Under the pieces are notes generated by a model, which was not told the origin of the DNA, made no database searches, and saw nothing but the letters and a program-made list of their open reading frames with translations. DNA of 64,000 nucleotides from a phage, in NCBI GenBank assembly GCA_019326865.1, contig GCA_019326865.1_4101.1; one strand, given 5' to 3'. The position numbers were made by a program, and so were the translations under genes. Below, piece after piece: positions 63,655 to 64,000 of this stretch; position 1 is the first letter of the stretch, and every line of letters starts with the position of its first letter.

Positions 63655-63941
63655 AAATTTTAGAAGTCTTGCTAGAAAAAGATGCATCTGGCACACTTTA
63701 TGTTGGTAATGAGTTCAGTCCAGATCCAATTGATATGTTACAGAGAATCCAAATACTGACACAAAACATCTCGGTTAAAAAACCGTTTCAGAAAGAATTG
63801 GAAATCTTTTGCAATAAAGATATTGAACAGCATGATAATGTGATTGCTGATATTAAAAGTCTATTGACAAAAAATGGTTATGTAGAGTATAATCCTCCTA
63901 TTGTAATCGTTATTCCAGACTTCATGAAAGGAACAATCTAA
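63651..63941 (+). CDS. hypothetical protein
   Basis: 96-aa ORF, start overlaps upstream stop. Confidence 0.45.
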   Translation: MKILEVLLEKDASGTLYVGNEFSPDPIDMLQRIQILTQNISVKKPFQKELEIFCNKDIEQHDNVIADIKSLLTKNGYVEYNPPIVIVIPDFMKGTI

Positions 63942-64000
63942 TGACTAAAGACGAAATGAAATCTCGCTTAAGAAAACTGAAGAACGAACGTAAACTAGTA
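63941..64000 (+). CDS. hypothetical protein, 3' end outside window
   Basis: ATG overlapping upstream stop (TAATG); frame open to window end. Confidence 0.35.
   Translation, partial: MTKDEMKSRLRKLKNERKLV

Overview
AT-rich, gene-dense stretch of a large virulent dsDNA phage genome. Almost all genes are on the + strand, with one small minus-strand island (23642-24999) and one probable minus-strand gene at 6215-6568. The recognisable genes form a T4-like nucleotide-metabolism and replication module: DEDD exonucleases, SF2 and SF1 (Dda-like) helicases, primase plus DnaB-like helicase, class Ia ribonucleotide reductase NrdA/NrdB, DHFR, RNase HI, fused type II topoisomerase subunits, GroES-like co-chaperonin, clamp loader and a HAD nucleotidase. 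The rest is many small hypothetical ORFs with sigma70-like promoters and hairpin/T-tract terminators. No tRNA, rRNA or CRISPR array was seen. Most notable: (1) a C5-cytosine methyltransferase interrupted in catalytic motif IV by a 345-aa intein carrying a LAGLIDADG homing endonuclease; (2) two ORFs 33 kb apart that look like consecutive pieces of a reduced Pol III alpha (DnaE) core; (3) a family of about ten paralogous small proteins sharing a C-terminal F-Q-x-S-[TL]-I motif, mostly in tandem; (4) a consensus-promoter-driven IF3-like plus ClpS-like gene pair; (5) a small Hfq/Sm-like ORF; (6) a frameshifted paralog pair of membrane proteins on the minus strand. All homology calls are by eye against remembered family motifs and need database confirmation.
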